A stretch of 64,000 nt of DNA from Paragordius varius (lineage: Eukaryota > Animalia > Nematomorpha): contig OZ176051.1 in NCBI GenBank assembly GCA_964247055.1, positions 10,416,001 through 10,480,000 of the forward strand, in the 5' to 3' direction. Every line of letters starts with the position of its first letter. Within the stretch, counting starts at the first letter, position 1. Under the pieces are notes generated by a model, which ran no database searches, was not told where the DNA came from, and worked only from the letters and a program-made list of their open reading frames with translations. The position numbers were made by a program, and so were the translations under genes. This document shows, in pieces, positions 1 to 14,287 of this stretch.

Positions 1-467
1 AATTCACTTTTAAACAATTCAACACCCTTGAATAATTCAAATTTACGCTTGAACAATTCAAATTTACGCTTGAGCAATTCTAATTTACGCTTAAAAATTC
101 AAATTCACCCTTTAACAATTCAAATGCACCTTCAAACAATTCAAATTCACCTTAAAATAAATTGTTTTTTTTAGATTAAATATTATTTATATTTTTTTAT
201 ATTTTTAAAAAAAGAAATTTTGTATGTAATCAAAAAAATACTAAAAAAATATAAACTTTGCAATAAAAATATATTTAATTTTAATGATGAGTTGTATTAG
301 ACCGAAATTTCTAAATTTATTATTAGGGTGAATTCGAATTGTTCGAGGGTGAATTTCAATTCAAGGGTGAATTTGAATTGTTTAAGGGTGAATTTGAATT
401 GTTTAAGGGTGAATTTAACCTGTTTAAGGGTGGATTTCGAATGTTGGAGTAAATTGTAAATGGTATA
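1..467. mobile_element. Foldback/MITE-like element with inverted arms built of ~21-bp tandem units (left end cut by the window edge)
   Basis: 1-160 holds tandem copies of ~AACAATTCAAATTCACCCTTG; 325-445 holds the reverse complement (AAGGGTGAATTTGAATTGTTT); it ends in TTGTAAATGGTATA, the same terminus as the copy at 16580-16920. Confidence 0.75.
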
Positions 468-484
468 ATTTACCGGTGGTAAAA

Positions 485-2690
485 GATTTCACCAACAATC
501 GACCATCATTTTTCAACACAATCAATTATTTATATAGGCTATCAAGAGTTATATAAACATTGATTTTCAACAATCAAATTATAATACGCACGCTATCAAG
601 ATTATCAACAATCAACCATTCTTTTTCAACATTAAATATGCTATTAAGAGTATCACCAGCAATCAACCATTCTATTCTAATAATAAATTATTTTACCCAT
701 GCTATCAAGAATTTTACCAACAACCAACATTTTTTTAACAAAAAACCATTGTTTTGACCATTCATTTTCAACAATCAAAGTGTATTAACCATGTTATTAT
801 ATGTTTCACCAACAATCAACCATCCTTTTTCAATATTGAAATAAAAATACTCATGCTAATAGTTTCAGCAACAACCAATTCTTTTTGAAACATTAATCAA
901 ATTATTTTACCCATGCTATTAAAATTATTAACAATCAACCATCATTGTTCTTAAATCAAATTATATTACATATGTTATTCAATGTTTCACTAAAATCTTC
1001 CATTTTTATTCAGCAATTAATCATAAAACACATGATATTAAGAGTATTACCAATGATTAACTATTTTTTTATCATATTATCTATGCTATCAAGAGGTTCA
1101 TCAACAATCGACCATTATGTTTTAAAAATCAAATTATTTTACCCATGGTAAAAATTTCACCAATTATCAACCACCACTTTTTAATAATTCAATCATAATA
1201 CTCATGCTAATAGTTTCAGCAACAATTTTTGAAACAATAATCAAATTATTTTACCCATGCTATTAAAATTATTAACAATCAACCATCATTGTTCTTAAAT
1301 CAAATTATATTACATATGTAATTCAATGTTTCACTAAAATCATCCATTTTTCAGTAATTAATTATAAAACCCAAGCTATTAAGAGTAGTACTAATAATTG
1401 AACATTTTTTATTAAATTGTATCCATGTTATCAAGAACAATTCTTTTTTAACAATCAACCATTATTTTTCCACAATAAAATTATACCCATGCTATCAAAG
1501 GTTACACTAACGATCCCATTTTCTTTCAATAATCAAATTATTTTATGGTAAATGATTTCGTCAACAATCAACTATCATTAATCAACCATCAAATTATAAT
1601 ACCCATACTATCAATATTTTACCATCGATCAACAATTCTTTTTCAACAATCAAATTATATTACATGCTATTGAAGGTTTCGCCAACAATCCCATTCTTTA
1701 ATCAAATTATTTTACCCATGGTAAAAGATTTCACCAAGAATCAAACATTATTTCAACAATCAAATTATAATACCCATACTATCAATAGTTTTACCATCGA
1801 TCAACAATTCCTTTTCAACAATCAAATTATATTACAGATGCTATTAGGAGATTCAAACATTCAACCATCATTGTTCAATAATATAATTATCCATGCTATC
1901 AAGAATTTTACCAAATATATATCCCAATTATTCAACAATCAATTTATAATACCCATGCTATTTAAAGTACAAACAATCAACCATCATTGTTCATCATTCA
2001 AATTATATTAACCATGATATAATGTTTCACCAATATCATCCATTTTTTCTGCAATCAAATGTAATACTCAAGAGTTTCACCAAACAAGCAATTTTTTTCA
2101 ACAATCAAATTATTATACTGCTATTAAAGTTTCACCAAAAATCATCCATCATTATTTAACAAACGAATTAGTTTACCTATTATTATAATTTTCACCAACA
2201 ATCAAACATTATTTCAACAATCTAATTATATTACCCATGCCATTAAAAGTCATGACTCAACCGTTTTTTAACAATCAAATTTCTCTACCCATGTTATTAA
2301 ATGTTTCACCAACAATCAACCATTCCTTTTTTAAGAAATTATACCCATTCTATTAACAGTTTCACACGATTTAATCATTATTATTCAACACTCAAATTGT
2401 TTTACCCATGTTTTTAAAACTTAAAACAATCAACCATCATTTTCACCAAAAAATCATATTACCCATGTAATTAGCTTTCCTCAAAATCAAACAACATTTT
2501 TCAATGTTCTAATTTATTACCCATGCTAAAAGTTTTACCAACAATAAACCATCATTTTTCAACATTCAAATTCTTTTAACCGTTTCAACCACAATCAACC
2601 ATAATTTTTCAGTACTTTAAATATGTTCATGCTATGAAGAGTTTTACCAACATTAACCATCACTTTTCAGCAATAGTGTTATCCAAACTC
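485..2690. repeat. Degenerate ~62-bp tandem satellite (roughly 35 units)
   Basis: Recurring consensus ~TTCACCAACAATCAACCATCATTTTTCAACAATCAAATTATATTACCCATGCTATCAAGAGT; the + strand is G-poor. The ORFs at 560, 945 and 1664 are by-products of the repeat. Confidence 0.9.
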
Positions 2691-5545
2691 GAAGTTTTTT
2701 TAAATCAAATTATTTGAATTGGTCGTGACTAATAGCTTTGACGCTAGTAAATCCATTAAATTTTAACCAAGATTGTATTTTTTTTACCTAATTCATGTTA
2801 AATAAAACCGGTTTCCCCTGTCGCCGTTGGTGTGATTTATTCATACTATGATTTTGACATATTATTTTTTTCAATCCATTCGAGGTGATTAAACAAAGAA
2901 ACATGTAAATTATTTTTTAATGGGTTAATAATGAATAAAAACCTTTGAAATTTGGTATAAATAGGGTAAATTTTAAAACCCTTCATGCTTTATTATTTCA
3001 GATATTCTTTGGCGATTCGGGTATGGGGTTGTATCCCTAAATAGTTCAGAATATTACCACAAGGAAGGATGTTTCAACACGTTATATTTATATGGTAATC
3101 AGTTTTTCGCGCATTTTTAAATATATAAATATTTTCCTTTATACGGTGAATATCATGCCAAATCAGTGGTCTCATAGTTTTCAGTAATAGCTTCCAAGCA
3201 ACTTTATTCGATATTATGGCGCAAAGCGGTCGGTGCGCTACCTAGTGGCAGATAAAGGTATTCAACTAAAGTTTTTGCCTTAATAACATTTTACTTAAAA
3301 CCATCAGTGATAACAGTTTATTGGGCGAAATAAAATGGTTTAAAAATTTATTTAAGGATTTAGTTTTTCATCAAAAAAAGACATTTCGAAAGGGGAGTGG
3401 GTAAGAGGGATTATTTCAAAAAAGTGGCCCGATGACATCGAAACATTCATAAATTAAAAAATTTCACTTTTAGATTAGGACTGTCCTACACGTTTTTTGG
3501 ATTAAACTCCACAAAGCTAATATTCATTTAGATGTGGAAATATCTATCGATTATAGTAAAAACTATTAAAATAACTTCCACAATTGATTATTATATATTT
3601 TTATAGGTTACTTTGAACGATATTGATATTTTATATGTACGATGAAGTATTTAAATTATGCCACATTTAATTAATTGTAAGATAAAAAAATTATATACTT
3701 TATTCAGTTAGAAAAGACAGCTGGTAAATAAATTGATAGTTGAGTTAAAAATTATTAAATGGTGACGCTTATGTAAAATGTATTAGATTCTCACAAATGA
3801 ACATATAATTAGACCTATATTTATAAAAAGGATATTATTTATTCAGCAATTCAAATTTTTGAACAAATAAAATAAAATTGTCATTTATTGTTAAACATTT
3901 TTTTATACATATATGTTTATAAGACACATATTGCGACAATAGTTGTGTAAATGAACGTTACATTGTGTGTGTGTGTGTTATAAAAATCAGTAGTTCAGAA
4001 TGCCTGATTGATTTTTTCTAAAAATAATTAGTCATAATTTTTTTCCTTTAAATATAATTTTCAGATGCCAATATATGATATTTTATGGAGATGGAAAAAT
4101 CCATTTTTTTATTCCACAGGTACAATATCCTCATAATTTGCTATATTTTGTCGGATTTTTTTAATGATCTAGATATTCAATCTTTTCTAGATTGTTAAAT
4201 AGGTTATAATCGATATTTTAAATGGTATCTAACGGCGTGGTTTTCTTGCACATTTTTTAATATTAAATATTGGTCCTATATAATATATAAACAATAATGC
4301 AGATTAAATAAATAGATTTATAAAATATCAATAGCCTTAGGAAAATTATGATTTGCAGGTGAATATATTTTGAATAAAATGGATTTTTTGCAATATAAAG
4401 TATATATAATTTCAACACATGTACACTACCAATTATTTTCACTACACCAATTTACCTACAAAATGTTGGTTTATCTGACTTTGACAGTGGTGAGCATTTT
4501 TAGCGCCTAATATATAATGGCTCTTATCTATTCGAATATGCCAATAAAATTATTTTTAATAGCAAGAATCACATACCCCTATTAATATGAGATATATTCG
4601 TGAATATTTTGTGATTAAATTTTTTCAAATCCATAATTTAGAGTTGAGTGTTATTAGCAAGTAAAATTATGGTTTATAATACCCTGTATTATTAAATATT
4701 GTAGTTCATCTAATACAACGAGGTAAATCTATACATTTAATAATTGATGACATTTTAAAAATTTAAACTAAATTTAAAAATTTTCAAATTATACTAATTT
4801 AACTTAGATTTTCAAAGCTTTAACGCATCTTTTAATGGTTTTCACATGTTAGAGCAAAACCACAAAAACGACATTTCAATTTTTTATAGCCAATTTTACT
4901 TCTTTGGTTTTTTGATGTTTTTATATTTATATAAACATATGGTATAATTTTCAGCGTTTTGATTTTTATCAGAAAAAGTTATAGGCTAGTTATTGAAAAC
5001 GGCTGTTTTTTGCAATTATTTTTTTATATGGCGTTTGACCGTAAAATTTTGAATTCAGAAACACTACTTTATATGATAAAATTGAGCCTCATAAAACATA
5101 CCAAAGAACTACTAATTCGGTACACATTGGATATAAATATTTTTTCCATCGATTTTTCGATGTAAAGCAACATATCAACCAAATGAGAATAAAAATACAA
5201 ATAATTTATCCATAGTTGCTAATTAGGGTAGTTAATACTCCCTACTAACTATAAACCAAGGATGTTTTAGATTATAACCATGTTAGTATCAACTATTAAT
5301 TATTGTCTAATTATAAAAAAATTAGTTTTAATTTTCTTTGATTAACAAACGATGGTGTTTTTTAAATTTAACAGCGCTAAATATAATTATTTTTAGTACT
5401 GACAATGCCAGAAAAATGGCCATATTTAAATATTTTTCTATTTTGTCATACACTTTTAAAGTTGCTAGTTTAAAATATGTATATAATCAATTTTTAACAG
5501 TCATTTTAATAATTATATTATCCAATCAATTTTTTATGGTATTAA

Positions 5546-6606
5546 CCCTTGGATGCAACACATTTCTTTGATTCAAATTGGGATAGTTGGATACCCCAGT
5601 CTTGTTTAAAATTAAATATTTCAAAAATAAAAGAAATTCAAATCATTGCAAGTTTGCACTTATATAACATTAATGAACCAAAATATAATAAAAAATTAAT
5701 TCAAAAATATTATGATATTACAGAGGTAACCCAAAGGTAAAAATTTAGCCAAAATGACACAAGCTAAAAATAAAATTAGTAAAAATTCCATTTCTTTTTA
5801 AATTAATGTTACATGTTTTAGTAAAAAAGTAAACTAAATTTTAGGCCTAAAATTAAAAGACAATATTGTACAATAATATGTAAAATAAAAATGCCCAAGG
5901 AGTTTAATACGGAACTTTTTTTCCAAAAATAAATTTTATTTAGATATTTTGGCTTATTTATATACACTTTCTTAGCTAGAAGCATGAAATTAAATTGGAA
6001 CCGTTTCTTTCAGTAGTTTTACAGTATCAAGTTAAATATTGCTAGGTGTATTTAGATACACCAATATAAATCTAAGTATTAAATGACCAAAATAATTTAA
6101 AATCAAAAGTTAACACGCATAACAAATTTGTTCACAAGCCTTCCTTAACACTCCATAACTTTTTGAGGTAGGTTTATATATATAAGCGATTTCTAATTTG
6201 AATATCTTAAAAAGTAAAGCCATCATACAAAAATAAATTATGGCGCAATTACAATTTTTTTAAAACATGTAAATTAAAAATCTTCTTCTCAAACCTTTCT
6301 GCCGCCATTTTTATCTTTTTTTAGATCATTGCAAAAGGCAAATAAATGTATTTTATGATTGGAAATTTTTAAAAAACTTTAAGCTACATTTTAGAAAAAC
6401 GAGATATCAGCTGTTCGCTTAAATCGTGTAATGAAGTCCCAATTTCGGACTCTAGAACTCAGATTTTAGGAAATAGGAGATTTATATCTATTACATAAAA
6501 AATGTGATATCTCAAGTAAAATAACAAGCTGTAGTTTAATTGAAAGATTAAACTATGGGTCATACTACCCCAAAATGTGGACAAAAAAGCGAAAGGTAAT
6601 GAAGTG
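5546..6606 (+). mobile_element. piggyBac-like non-autonomous element, full-length copy (~1.06 kb)
   Basis: TTAA|CCCTTGGATGC at the left end and GGTAATGAAGTG|TTAA at the right end (TTAA on both sides, CCCTT/CACTT termini). Internal sequence recurs at ~44.7-46.3, 48.2-48.7, 51.8-52.3 and 58.2-59.3 kb. No transposase. Confidence 0.65.
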
Positions 6607-6886
6607 TTAAAGTCAAAACGATATGAATAAATATTTGTTTAATTGCAAACTTAAAAAATTAATTTCTTAATAATTTTTGTTTTTATAATATAAAGATGAA
6701 CATTTTTTTGTAATATCAATTTTATTTATAACAAAATAATGTGTAAATGTTATTCATATGACTCTATTTTGTATTACTCACCGGCTCAGGTGAACACCAT
6801 ATTCGTATCTTATCTTAAGTTACAAGTATGCCATTTCAAGGCTTTTCCCGCATTACTTTTACATTTATTGTAACATATTTATATAG

Positions 6887-9650
6887 GTATAGATGATATA
6901 GAAGAACAAATATATTATGATTTTATTGAGATGGTCGTTTCGAAAAAATCTGAAGAAACAACTGCAAACGCTACACTTAAAGATCTCAATAATATTAACA
7001 TGAATTCATTTAACGTTCGAAATAATACAAATTACCAAACGCTTCGAGCTTCCCAAACTAACAATGCCAGAACTAATAAAGTTAACAATTTAATTGCCAA
7101 ATTTTCGGGCCCATCCATAAATTATGATGTATCAAACTTTCATCATCAATCGAATGACATAAAAAACAGTATAGCACATACAAAACAAGATACAGAATGT
7201 AAATCTTTATCCACATGGCCATTCCACAATAATTATGTTTCCACTTCCAAAAATAAATCAATTGGAAACCATATTCAAACTACATCTCACCATTACACAT
7301 CACCTGTTTACAGTTCTAGTCGTCTGCCTCAATTCGTAACATCTCATAAATCGTCTACGGATTCTCACGAGTATGATTTTTGGATTTTCTTTTTTTATTT
7401 TATTAATATATATTTGTTAATATATTTATACAATTTATAAGGAATACACCTATGAATACATCCAAATCACAACTTAAAAATAGCAATAACCACAAACAAA
7501 CTGAAAGTGTAAATATTATCGAAGTTTATGATGAATCTAAATTCGGATTAGCGGCTTTACGCAAAAATAAAAGCAATATGGTAAAACAAACATACAATGG
7601 TAATAATACTGGTGTTTCTTTGCAAGATAAAACGCCGTACGATGATAATTCAATCATAGGATTGGCTGCATTAAAAAAACGGAATGATTGTCCGATTTCT
7701 ACACGACCAAATGATATAGCTTTAAATGTTCCCGTTTTACCCAATAATTCTGATTCTAAACGCGATTCCCTAAATGAAGATTCGGATTCTAATAATAATG
7801 CCGTGACACCGACCCCATCCACGTCCTCTAATTTTTATGTCCAAACATTCAAAAGCACACTTAACAACAATATATTGTTTGGAAAAAGTAGAGTAGGTAA
7901 TAACATAATTTTAAATAATTCACCCTATCAATCCCAGGATATAGCCTTAAGTGAAAGAGACAAAAAATCAGATCCTACGGTACATAAAGTACAGCATGTA
8001 AATGATGAGATTAATAATTTCTCACCACAAAATGACAAGAACGCGTCAATAATGACTAAGGCCTCACAATTATCTGGTTATACACAAGAAAATACCTACA
8101 GTTCATTGAACACTAAAATGTGTCCCCCGGATAAATTCATGAATCATGGCAAAAACGATCACATTATTGCTACAACTGCTGACAAAACTGATAATATCGG
8201 AAACGAAAACACGCCAACTTCTCTCCATTGTCGTCAAGCTTCTGAAGATTCTACGACATCATCCTTTTCGTCGCTTTTGCTTATTGTATCGGGTGGTAAA
8301 CCACCTCCTCCCCAATTTACAACTCAATTTACCTCCGAACTAACAAATGATGCTCAAAATAAAAGCTTTAAATTATCACCATCTAATCAAGGCGTAGGTT
8401 ATGAAACACACCCTGGAAATTCGATTGATAACTCTCTGCTTTATACAACCATGATTACATCATCTTATTCTTCATCGGCATCCACTTCTTCCTTGTTATC
8501 ATCGGCCAGAGATTCAAATAATTCCAACGATGAATCTTCCGGTAACCAAAAAATTCATAAAGTTATCCCAAAACCACATGCAATGCCAAAAACAAATAAT
8601 CCCAATTTGGATGAAGTTGATAATTTGTGTGATAGTATGGCGAAGAAGGAACTAAAACATAGTTATCAGAATCATAATGATGATAATGATAGCATTATTT
8701 ACATTCAAAATAATTTGCATAAAGCCGATTCCCACACACCTAATCATGCACAAAGGAGTTCAATTTTGAACGGAAAACCATATATGGGCTCTCACAGTAC
8801 TCCTAACGCCATGACTTCAACAAATGACAATCGAGAAGTTGATAAAATATTATCTCCTTCACCCTTTGAAGCAAATGTGCCGCCACCGTTGTCTCCTCTA
8901 TCATTAACATCGCCAAAACTAGACATTATGGAAGAAACACAAAATAAATATTCATCATTTTATAATGGTTTGACCCATAATGGGATAAAGTTGTCACCTT
9001 TAGTTACAAACTGTTCACCTATACAACTGAATAAAAATAATGTTAATAGTGGTAATGCCATTAAACATAATTTGTTTATGATGAATAAATCATCAAACAC
9101 CATACTTACTGCTAATTACAGCAATATATCAAATCAAACCACCGCTAACAATACATTTTTGAATAGCAATATCTCAAGATCTGAAAGCCGGGGTTCGATT
9201 GCATCTTTAACGTCAATAGTTTCACTTGCTTCATCAACGTCTTATCTATCGCCTCATGTAAGGATAAAATCATTAATTTTTTACACCTTATGTACGAATT
9301 TGAAATATTTAAGTTGTCGGATTTTCATAGAGGATTTTTATAATTTTTTTTGGAGGAATTCTTTTATTTAAACACTAACTTCTGCATCCTATTTCCCTGA
9401 TGCGATATTTTTAAATATTATTATTTAGCTCATTTTTTTAATTTCATACTAAGTAATCGTATTGTATGTAAATATATATGGTGGTAAAAAGACAAAGTTT
9501 GATGACATTTACTAAATAGATACTCTTATTTATATCTTAAAATATTTTTTAGTCCTTTATTACCGTTTTACACTATATGGGAGAAATATTTTACAAAAAT
9601 TTTTTAGACATTCCATCTTTCTAATATTTTATATAACTTAGTGAGGTTTA

Positions 9651-9683
<33 letters not shown>

Positions 9684-12600
9684 TAATAAGTTTAGTGATT
9701 TTTTTGAAACTTTAATAATTATTAAATGAAAAATGTAATTTACACAATCAATTTATGTGGAAGTCCTTGATTTTTTATTTTTTGTAAAAAATACATTAAA
9801 TTTTATACATGTTCGAAACTATCATCACCTTTTTTCTTATCAAAAATGTTAAAAATTTAAAATATGTCAAAGGTTGCAAATTTTTTACATTTATTTTAAT
9901 ATAAAAACCGTTTTTGTACTCTTAATTTTAATCAATTGTATATCATGTCGATGTATCTATATTTTGAATGAACCAATTTTATTAAATTTATTAATTGATT
10001 GAATTATTTTTATAAATTAAAATTCAATATTTGATTTTTTGCTAGTTCAACGCTTATGCTATACTAATAATTAAAAATCTTAATATACGCCTTTAAATAT
10101 GCTTAATATATTAATATTTGTTCAAAAATTTAAAATTTTATTATCTTACTATTTTACAATGGTGTTTAATGGTTAATTGTTATCATTAGAATAAACGATA
10201 GATATAAAAGAGTAGCGGTTTAAAATTTTTACCAAATCACCAACAGCAATAAAAAATGATTTATTTTTTTATAAAATTCTTTTAATTTTTTTATTATTTT
10301 GAAAAAACAAAAATTTGCATATAATTTATGGTTTATTATCTTTTATGGTGTAATTGTGAAAATAAACGGTTTTGCGCCTTTGACTTTGATCTTTGTTAAT
10401 ATATTTTTTAAAAAATTATTATATATTACCATTTGCATTTAAAATTCGCTTTGATATATTATTGCGCTAAATCAACTCACAATTGAGATTGACTATTGTT
10501 TTTGGCCTACTTTATCATGAAACATATCAAAAAAGATATAGGTAATTTTTTAAGCGACATGAGTAAAAATTTTATTTATTGCCAATATATGACAGAGAAT
10601 TTGGAATTTTACCAATAATTTTTTTAATTATATAATATAAAATCAATTTTAAATACTAACGAAATAGGGGAACAAAATAAAGAAAAAGCGGTGTATGGCA
10701 AATATTCAATTCCATATAATTTATTTTTAGTGATTTTGCTGTTTAAATTTTAAAGCTTGAATTGGAAGTTAAAGGGGTCTAATATATTTATAACAATATA
10801 TTTTAAATTTAAATTCCTATGTTGGAAAAAATCCTCAGTTAAGTAACATATCGAAAAAAGTAGCCAAAATTAACCCATAATATTCTATGTGTCATAATAT
10901 TCGATTTTATATAAATAATTTTTAGTGATTTAGAAATGCTGTTTAAATAGAGGGTGGAGTGGAAATTAAAGGGGTATAATATATATATATATATATAACA
11001 AAATATTTTAAATTTATATTCTTATGTTGGAAAAAATCCTCAGTTAAGTAACATATCGAAAAAATTAGCCAAAAATAGTCCATAATATTTTATGTGTCAA
11101 TTTTTTGAAATGTTTATAACTATTCGAAATAAGGGTGAATTTAAAGTGTTTTAAGTTATTTTGAAATGTTTCATAAATTTTTTTGATAATCAATAAAAAT
11201 AATTTGTGTTTTAACAGGAACTCCAACAACTTATAGATGAAGCCAACCTAACTATTGATCATACAGGGGCCACGGATCAAATCATAGAAGTTATTATTTT
11301 ACATCGAGAACATATGGGAGGCGGTATTGGTATAACATTAGCGGGTGGTATTGACCAAGAACAAAAAGAAATTAGGGTATGCATTTAATAAAATTCCGAT
11401 TTTGGATTTTTCCTATTTTTAGTGAGTTTTGTGTTTAAATTTTTTTTATTGTAATATAGGTAAAATATATATATATAGTGAATTCAAACAAATCATTCTA
11501 GAATCTTTTACTACCATATCAAGATATAGTGAATTAAACAAAATTGATTTATTCAATAATCATTTAATACAGTCATTTTTTAGATATTTTATATGCATGT
11601 TAGTTTCTAAATATACTTTATATTTTACTGTTATGCAACATATATTAATTATATATATTTTTTTAATTTAAAATTTAATCAAATTTTCTATAAATTCTTA
11701 ATCAATCCCAATCACTTACTGATATAGATTCACAAAGTTATTAGCGGGAGTGTAGCAGATAAAGATGGACGTGCTTTTAAAGGGGACCGTGTTCTTTCGA
11801 TTAATGGGAAAACGCTGTTTAATTTGACTCATCGACAAAGTGTTGAAATTCTTAAAGCTCCTAGACCAGAAGTATAACGCTTTTATTTCCATATAGGATT
11901 TACATAAATGATACATAATAGATTCTTAGCATGCCTTCGGCACGGTTTAAATTTTTGATATTCGATCTAATTATTTAACGGCCTGGTTTTGGAGTCGCAC
12001 TTTAATAAAGAATGATTATAGGCCATTTTTTTTACAAAATAACTCTTTTAAATGACATATTTAAACCGATCAAATAGCGGACCAACCACATTCAAACAAA
12101 AATGATAATGTTAAATTATTTGCAATCTAAAATTTAATTTTCTATTCTCTTCATAGTCTATTTATTTTTGGTTCTACAATACAAATTAAGCTTCTTATGA
12201 TATGTTCTTGACATTTCTTTACATTGTAAACACATACTGTAAGGAAAATGAATACTGAAATTGTATATTAGCGATAAAAAATGATACATTTTTAAATATT
12301 TGCGCCCAGTTTATTTCTTGATTATATGTGATACAATCATTCACTATAATGGTATTAGTATAATCGCGTGGTTACTCTATACTTATCCAAAGAATTAAAC
12401 ATAGGTAAACCATGTTAAACAAATAAAAAGGACCAACATACCCTAAAATATTTTTATTATAAATTTTATTAACGCGGCTCTCAGTTTGATACACACATCA
12501 AAACTAGACCCTTTGTTAGCGCTTTTAATATTTTACTCATTTTATGATAACCTTTGTAATTTATTTGTTTTACACATTCAACACTATATAGGTTGTTTTA

Positions 12601-13735
12601 GTCTTATCCCGGTCCAAATTATCCCGACTTGGTCAACAAGCTATGATTGAACCAACTCAAATCCCGGGCACAAAACTAGAAAAGAATGATGATGCTGAGA
12701 AATATATCTTTAATAAATTGTCAAATATGCAGCAAAATGGTCATGGAACCGAATCCCCTATAAATAATAATAGTAATAATCTGTCTACTTTTAACAATTG
12801 TGATCATCTCTCATCCGATTCGTCAGAACGTTCCTGTTATCAAAAATTGGTTTTTCACCAACACATCAACAAAAATAATTCTCTCCTTGTGACAAAATTA
12901 GAAACTACGAATAATGATATAAAAGATATCAATTCCATACAAAATGATTCAAAGTTCACCAATAATATTAATAATAATAATATCGTCACACAAAACAAAT
13001 ATGAAAATATTATTGAAAAACTTAATAATCAAGAAGTGGAAGTAGATAAAATATCTTCTTCTATAACGGTTGAATTATGTAATAATTCATCGGCTTTATC
13101 GTGTGGGAGTTTGGGTTTTTCTCTTGAAGGTGGGGTAGCCTCGTTGGAAGGTGACAAATCCCTAACTGTTAAACGCATTTTTAAAGGTAAAGTTGAAATT
13201 TTTAGTTTTTGTTTAGATCATATTTTAAATTGGTTATGAATAAAACAATTTATTCAGTGGTATAATGGTGTACAGTTCGAATCATTGTTAGTTAATTTGT
13301 TTTTAAGTCACGGTAAGTTTTTAATAATTTGACGTCAAAAAAATATCATGTAACTATATATTGGATTTTGAAATACAATTTTCGCATTCATTTTGTGATC
13401 GATTATTTTAAATTTAAAGGCGATTATACAAAACGTAAAACCAAAAAATTTTATGAACACCCTAATTGTTTAAACATTCTTTATACTTTTCACTTATTCT
13501 GAAATGTTACGACGGTGTATTAATATTTTGCTTTTTTGTAGGAGGACCCATTGATAGATGTGGTCAAAATATCCTACCTGGCTATCAATTATTGTACGTC
13601 AATGGAGAGCATTTAAATGGTTTAACACTCTTTCAAGCATGGAATCTTATAAAAAATTTACCACAGGGTCAGAATGTATCTCTAACTTTTTTACCAAAAA
13701 ACCCAACCAATACCAATGTAAATTTACCTAATTAA
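6887..13735 (+). CDS. PDZD2: PDZD2/pro-IL16/big bang-family multi-PDZ scaffold protein (5' end unresolved; first in-frame ATG 6931)
   Basis: Phase-consistent exons 6887-7370, 7442-9257, 11218-11376, 11728-11871, 12592-13186, 13542-13735. Spliced product reads SLASSTSYLSPH|ELQQLIDEAN...EVIILHREHMGGGIGITLAGGIDQEQKEIR|IHKVISGSVADKDGRAFKGDRVLSINGKTL...|VVLVLSR and GSLGFSLEGGVASLEGDKSLTVKRIFK|GGPIDRC...TLFQAWNLIKNLP, matching the last two PDZ domains of IL16/PDZD2. Confidence 0.85.
10715..11099. repeat. Direct tandem duplication of ~190 bp in an intron
   Basis: ~10715-10893 and ~10910-11099 share e.g. TATGTTGGAAAAAATCCTCAGTTAAGTAACATATCGAAAAAA; the second copy has an expanded TA run. Confidence 0.85.
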
Positions 13736-14287
13736 CTGGTTTTTGGGATATTTTAAATGATAAAATTAATTGGTAATTACAAAAACATAAATAATCAACT
13801 TTTTTATTTATATTTTAAGTAATATTTGCTCAATCTCTTAAACCCCAAGCTGAGAATACCACAAAAAATAATGATTATACAATAATAGGGAACACTTATT
13901 ACGGTTACTCTTAACCATGTTATTTAATAAATCTTGTTACTATTTAAATTGCCACACACAAATATTTTTATATATTTATAAGTTTAACCAATTTTATACA
14001 ATCACCGAATTCCATAAATATATAAATTATATATATACTCATTTTTTATATAGTAGCCAAAACAATTCTGTGTCTACACAATATGCATTTCATTTTCATA
14101 ATTTTCAATGTATTTATTTATAAAAACTATTTAATTTTATAACTAATAAATGAATTTTAAAATGTGAATAGTTATTTTTATCTTAAACAAATGTTGGAGG
14201 CAGGATTTTTGCAATATATATATATATATATAAAGCCAAATTTTGGTTAATACTGTAGAAATTATTTATTTTTGATAAAGGGGTTTC

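Noticed and set aside
560-2011. ORFs 560-757, 945-1151 and 1664-2011 as repeat proteins
   Set aside because: They are short open stretches in a frameshifting 62-bp satellite, with no consistent frame or splice signals.
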